A DNA stretch of 20,443 nt from Planctomycetales bacterium. Its GTDB lineage: Bacteria > 4484-113. Where the stretch lies: positions 1-20,443 of the forward strand of contig JBBIJQ010000031.1 in NCBI GenBank assembly GCA_037445915.1. Direction: 5' to 3'. The notes under the pieces are model-generated. The model did not search any database. It saw nothing but the letters and a program-made list of their open reading frames with translations, and was not told where the DNA came from. Shown here one piece after another: positions 16,338 to 20,443 of the stretch; the first letter of the stretch is position 1, and the number at the start of each line of letters is the position of its first letter. The position numbers were made by a program, and so were the translations under genes.

Positions 16338-17510
16338 ATGCCGGCAAAATACCATATCGTAGACCGCAGGCGCACCGCGCTGCGCACTCTAGGCCAGTCT
16401 ACGCTGGGCACGCTCTTTCTGCCAGCATACCGCGCCATTTACAACCTGCGCCGTGAACGTTACCTCTCCAAGCGCGCTCCGATTCCCGGCGCGCCTATCA
16501 TTACTGTCGGCGGAACGCTGCTAGGCGGCAGCGGAAAGACGCCGGTCACTTGCGCATTGTATGCCGCAGCCGTCGCTGCGGGAAAGCGCGGGGCGATTGT
16601 CCTCAAGCTTGGCAAAAACCCGCACATGTACACAGACGAGCTGCTGCTGTACGCTGGAAGGCTTGCCAACGGTGCGCGGCCGCAAGTTACGCTTGGGAAT
16701 GGATATGTCCTCGTTGAGGCTAACGGGTCAGCCATCTGCGCCCACACGCGGAAGCTGGAAGGCGCCGAGATGATGGCTCGGCGCGAAGGGATAGACTTCG
16801 TTATTGTTGACGATGCGCAGCAGCTATTCAGCCTCCAGCCTGCGCTATCAATTTGCCTGCTGCACCCGAAGGACTACGGCGGGCGGCTCTTTCCGCAGGG
16901 AATGCTGCGCGAAGGGCTTGAGGGGGCGCAGCGCGCAGACTTGGTGCTTGCGCGAGTAGGATGCGAAGCCTCCCGCCCGCCTAAGCCAAAGTTGTTCTTT
17001 CGCATCAGCGCGCATGGGGTGTCGCCCCTTAGCGCCCTCCTGCGGCCTTGGGTTCACGGTAAAAGCGCAAGTGAACCATCCACCCAACTTGAAGGCGGAG
17101 GAATTGCGTTCGCAGGCATCGGTTGGCCTGAGAGTTTTGAAGAGTCGCTGGCCAAGCTGAACCTGGCACCGTCTGCAATGGTGCGCTTCCCCAACCACCA
17201 CAGCTTCAGCGTAAGCGATTTTAGGCTTCTTGAGCGTATGCGGTTGGAGCAAGGGGCTGAGACATTCTTGACCACAGAGAAGGACGGGTGCAGGCTCCTT
17301 CCAATAGTCCTGCGGGCGCTGCACGGGCAGGGCTGCGACATTGGGCTGCCAGAGGAGCTGCTGTCGCCGCCCGCGCATTTTCTTCCCGACCTCATCGTTG
17401 CGGCAGATCTCGTCTGGAACCGGGGTTACTTTGCCCAAGCCAGCGCCAAGCTTCCGCAAGAAGCGCTGGAGCGATTCATGGAAGTGGTGTTAGGAAAGGC
17501 AAGCCGATAG
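16338..17510 (+). CDS. lpxK: Tetraacyldisaccharide 4'-kinase (divergent)
   Basis: IITVGG...GGSGKTP, IVDD, FPQGMLRE, AFAGIG.P..F, FPNHH and TTEKD. Start placed at ATG 16338 to avoid overlapping the Nudix gene. Confidence 0.85.
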   Translation: MPAKYHIVDRRRTALRTLGQSTLGTLFLPAYRAIYNLRRERYLSKRAPIPGAPIITVGGTLLGGSGKTPVTCALYAAAVAAGKRGAIVLKLGKNPHMYTDELLLYAGRLANGARPQVTLGNGYVLVEANGSAICAHTRKLEGAEMMARREGIDFVIVDDAQQLFSLQPALSICLLHPKDYGGRLFPQGMLREGLEGAQRADLVLARVGCEASRPPKPKLFFRISAHGVSPLSALLRPWVHGKSASEPSTQLEGGGIAFAGIGWPESFEESLAKLNLAPSAMVRFPNHHSFSVSDFRLLERMRLEQGAETFLTTEKDGCRLLPIVLRALHGQGCDIGLPEELLSPPAHFLPDLIVAADLVWNRGYFAQASAKLPQEALERFMEVVLGKASR

Positions 17511-17520
17511 CGCCAGGCTG

Positions 17521-18294
17521 CTAGCCATCTTTATTGACTAAGCCGGTCACAACTGCCCTGACGACTTCCCAGTTCTCCGCGCACTCGATATCTCCAATGG
17601 TGGCGATGTGCGCGACCTGGTGCCATGGGTGAATGAAGTTTTTGTAAGTTCGTAGTGCCTGGCCGAAAGACTCTGTGTCGGCCTTAATCCAGCCGCAGGA
17701 ATGCGCCACGTTGATGAGGTCTACCAGCGTCCATTCGTGGAACTGCCGGAGCTTTCCGTCGTTGATCTTCGGGGCGGCCGGCGACTGGCTTGCGGCTTGC
17801 GGTTCGGCAATTACCTTAGCCAGCAACACTCCTTCAAGCAGGCTCCCCATCATCAATACCGCCGCCAGGCACGCTTTGCCAGTTACGCATCTTTCCGCTT
17901 CCCTCCAGCGCTCTGTAAACACCGCCGACAGCGCATCGTCATGCACTAAGCGCTTGAAGTCTGGCATCTGCGAGAAGGCTGCCTCGCCAACGCCGCAATG
18001 GCCCAAGAGCCTCGGCAAATCCGCGCTGTCTTCCTTCACCAGCGCGCGGATGAACTCCACAAGCCGCTTGAGCTTGACCGAATCGTCAAGCCGCGAGTCG
18101 CGTAACGACAGCACATAGTCGTAAACGGCATTAGCCTCGGCTGAGGAAATGTAGGAGTTCTTGTAGGCGCGCCGGTAGACTTTCAGGATGGCCTGCGCGT
18201 TGCGCGAAACCTTGTCAATGGTAACGTCCATTTTCAGCGCGTTGCCAAGCTCCAGCGCCACCATTTCGTAATCGATTTTATGCACAGCCGCCAT
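17521..18294 (-). CDS. Hypothetical protein with a C-terminal HEPN-like helical domain
   Basis: LAAVLMMGSLLEGVLL, WTLVDLINVA...GWI and LRTYKNFIHP resemble HEPN domains of Abi-type proteins (recognised by eye). Confidence 0.65.
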   Translation of the reverse strand: MAAVHKIDYEMVALELGNALKMDVTIDKVSRNAQAILKVYRRAYKNSYISSAEANAVYDYVLSLRDSRLDDSVKLKRLVEFIRALVKEDSADLPRLLGHCGVGEAAFSQMPDFKRLVHDDALSAVFTERWREAERCVTGKACLAAVLMMGSLLEGVLLAKVIAEPQAASQSPAAPKINDGKLRQFHEWTLVDLINVAHSCGWIKADTESFGQALRTYKNFIHPWHQVAHIATIGDIECAENWEVVRAVVTGLVNKDG

Positions 18295-18984
18295 ACCCTC
18301 TGGTTGCCCCTCGTTAGCCTAAGTTACTCTTTCGCCGCTGCGCGCAAATGGGTTTAGCCCGCCAAACATCCCAAGGGGAATATCCGCTCGCTTCATCGCG
18401 GGATGTCAAGCTGCCCTTCCCTGCCGCCTTTTCCCTTGCGAACCACGCGTATTGTATCACTCCTGCAAAGCAATGCTATGCGCCGCCGCCAGCTACGGCG
18501 GCAACGCCAGCTCGCAGAGTAAACGAAGCGAACGCGCATCCTAGAGGCTCATTCAGAAATGCGGAATGGGCTGGATGAGTTCCGCAAGTGGGCATGCAGC
18601 GAGGAATGCAGGATATTGGGGGAGCTGATAGCGAAATTCAGGGCCGCATAGGACGGTGAAGAGAGCTGAAACAGGCGATTAATTGAACTTGGATACCGGC
18701 GGTTGGGCCTGACCGATAGCGCGCGTGAAGCGTTACGAGCAGCGGAAGGTTTAGACAATAGCCCCTTTAGCCATTCGCCTTATCGGGCGGGGTGTACTTC
18801 CGTGCAGGATCTAGCTGAATACTTCAAATCCCTCAGGGGGAGCTTACATCGGTGCTAGCGAAGGGTGTATTTGTTCTTTCACCTTCAATCGCCTACTGCC
18901 TTCTTACCTAGGATGTCACACGGAACCTTCGTCCCTCCTAATGGAGTACTAAGCGACTAAAAGCTCAGTTCCTTTTCCCGAGGA

Positions 18985-19091
18985 CGGAAATTCGGTCGCC
19001 GGTCCATCGGCATCGAGTTAGACCCGACTGCGGCGAAATGTCCCGCCAGCGCATCGTCCGCGAAGTACTCCCACTATTCTCCTATCTTTGA
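18985..19091 (+). pseudogene. C-terminal remnant of an N4/N6 DNA methyltransferase
   Basis: RKFGRRSIGIELDP, then a shift near 19026 to DCGEMSRQRIVREVLPLFSYL-TGA. No upstream FxGSGT motif is visible. Confidence 0.55.
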
Positions 19092-19103
19092 GCTCCCCGC
19101 TGG

Positions 19104-19691
19104 TTACAGCTTTCCCTCATCATTGTAGTGAAGCCTGTTCTTGGCGAACATCTCGCTAAATACCTCGGTCTCAAATAGTATCCAAAAGCCTTCTCTTCCG
19201 ATTGCCGTGAAGGTAAGGGAATTATTATCTTTATCGCATAGCTGTAGCTTTCTATACAATTCAGACTCATCAGTGAATGAATCAGATTGAACCAGATATC
19301 TAGAATACTTCTCCAAAATGACCTCACGTAACCGCGAAGGGAATATATCAGCTGCTGCTAAGCTTGGAAATTCAGGAATCTCACCTTGTTAATACTCACC
19401 GCTTCTAGCTTCCCGTTTACGGCAGTGAGCCTGATCGTCACTTTTGTAGATATCACGCTTATTTAAGCATCGTATCTAGCATGAAAAATAGCAGCCCCGC
19501 GTATCATCGCTTAGTATGTCATTCTTAGTTTGCCCTGTGAACTCCGATAAATCATACTGCGAGATAGGAGTCCCCAGCTTATAGTCTCCATAGCCTGTGA
19601 TCTTAGAGAGCTTCGCCGGTGACGTGTCTGCAGCAAACGCCGTCGGCGCGAACAGCGCTAATGCAAGAAGAAGAATAATCAGAGTTCTCAT
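19104..19691 (-). pseudogene. Decayed secreted protein, tandem paralog of 19703-20326
   Basis: Signal peptide plus KITGYGDYKLGTPI. The middle segment is in a shifted frame (ISVISTKVTIRLTAVNGKLEAVSIN, preceded by TAA). The C-terminal part LREVILEKYS...CDKDNNSLTFTA..FW aligns with the neighbour. Confidence 0.75.
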
Positions 19692-19702
19692 TTTCCTCTC
19701 CA

Positions 19703-20326
19703 TTACTGATTTAGTGTCTCCATGAAATTCTGAATCGCGGCATCTCTTAGCTCGCGGTAAAAGGCAGAGTTGTATTCGAGCCAGAAGGAAAGCATCCCCC
19801 CTGCAGTAAGCTCAAGCACATTCCCATCTTTGTCTCTGAAGACTAGCTTCTTCCCATCCAGCTCCTCTCTCTTATTATTCCATGATCCATCCCAAAGATA
19901 TACCGTATCTGATTCCAGAATATCGGGCGAGTATTTATCGACGAGAGCTTGCCTCATCTCTTGGATGAATGAGAGATATGCTTCGTGGCTCCCGAGCTGT
20001 TGCTCTATATCGTAACTATTGAATATTATAGATTCTATCTTACCGCTAACAGTTTCAAGAATGAGCTGCGTATCTACCGAAGTGCTAACTGCTTTTAGCT
20101 TAATGTTGTATTGGCTGTAACTATAACAACTCCACTTCTCGGTGCTAGCTTGAGGGTCCTTAAAAGGTCCAAACAAGTTCTTCAGGTCATCCAGGGGAAT
20201 CGGCTTCCCCAGCTCATACTTCCCATCGCCAGTTATCGACGTAGCCTTAGCAGCCGGTTTGCTGTCCACGCATGTCGTCAGCGCGGACAACGCAAGCGCC
20301 AAAACGATTAGAATTGTAGTCCTCAT
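19703..20326 (-). CDS. Hypothetical secreted protein, possible lipoprotein
   Basis: 207 aa ORF with SD GAAGGGG, a hydrophobic signal with LTTC, and similarity to the adjacent pseudogene. Confidence 0.75.
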   Translation of the reverse strand: MRTTILIVLALALSALTTCVDSKPAAKATSITGDGKYELGKPIPLDDLKNLFGPFKDPQASTEKWSCYSYSQYNIKLKAVSTSVDTQLILETVSGKIESIIFNSYDIEQQLGSHEAYLSFIQEMRQALVDKYSPDILESDTVYLWDGSWNNKREELDGKKLVFRDKDGNVLELTAGGMLSFWLEYNSAFYRELRDAAIQNFMETLNQ

Positions 20327-20443
20327 TTCCCCTTCAAGGATGGGAAAACTATATCACCATTAGCCGTGCCAGCGCTTGCGGGGCGCAAGTATCTGTGATA
20401 CTACGGCGCGGAGAACAGGGCTTTGCCGTTAGCGTCCAAAAGC

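Noticed and set aside
18366-18502. Hairpins ACATCCC...GGGATGT and GCCGCCG...CGGCGGC upstream of the HEPN-like gene as a riboswitch or ncRNA
   Set aside because: I recognise no family motif, and short stems are expected by chance in GC-rich DNA.
19476-19478. TAG in the decayed paralog as another readthrough site
   Set aside because: Similarity to the neighbour continues in a different frame and a TAA is also present, so this is frameshift decay.
1-20443. Complete TAG reassignment (genetic code 15 type)
   Set aside because: Five full-length genes end in TAG at plausible C-termini, and readthrough would run into convergent genes or REPs.

Overview
Chromosomal window from a moderately GC-rich bacterium, probably diderm (lpxK, lipoproteins). 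In order: a secreted beta-helix protein (truncated at the left edge), DUF554, a frameshifted four-helix-bundle gene between inverted heptamer arrays, DUF2179, a heterodimeric ABC exporter pair flanked by diverse GTAG-type REP-like hairpins, an orphan N4/N6 DNA methyltransferase, a degenerate PilT-like ATPase, a YbhB/YbcL protein, a two-gene secreted module (HExxH peptidase plus lipoprotein sharing a paralogous domain), yggS, a Nudix/beta-propeller/HAD/recF operon, lpxK, a HEPN-like protein and a decayed, AT-richer right end. The most notable observations are that both genes of the peptidase/lipoprotein module are interrupted by a single in-frame TAG with the frame continuing (amber readthrough or independent nonsense mutations), and a set of nested small repeat elements in the intergenic regions. 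All calls come from reading motifs by eye; no searches were run.
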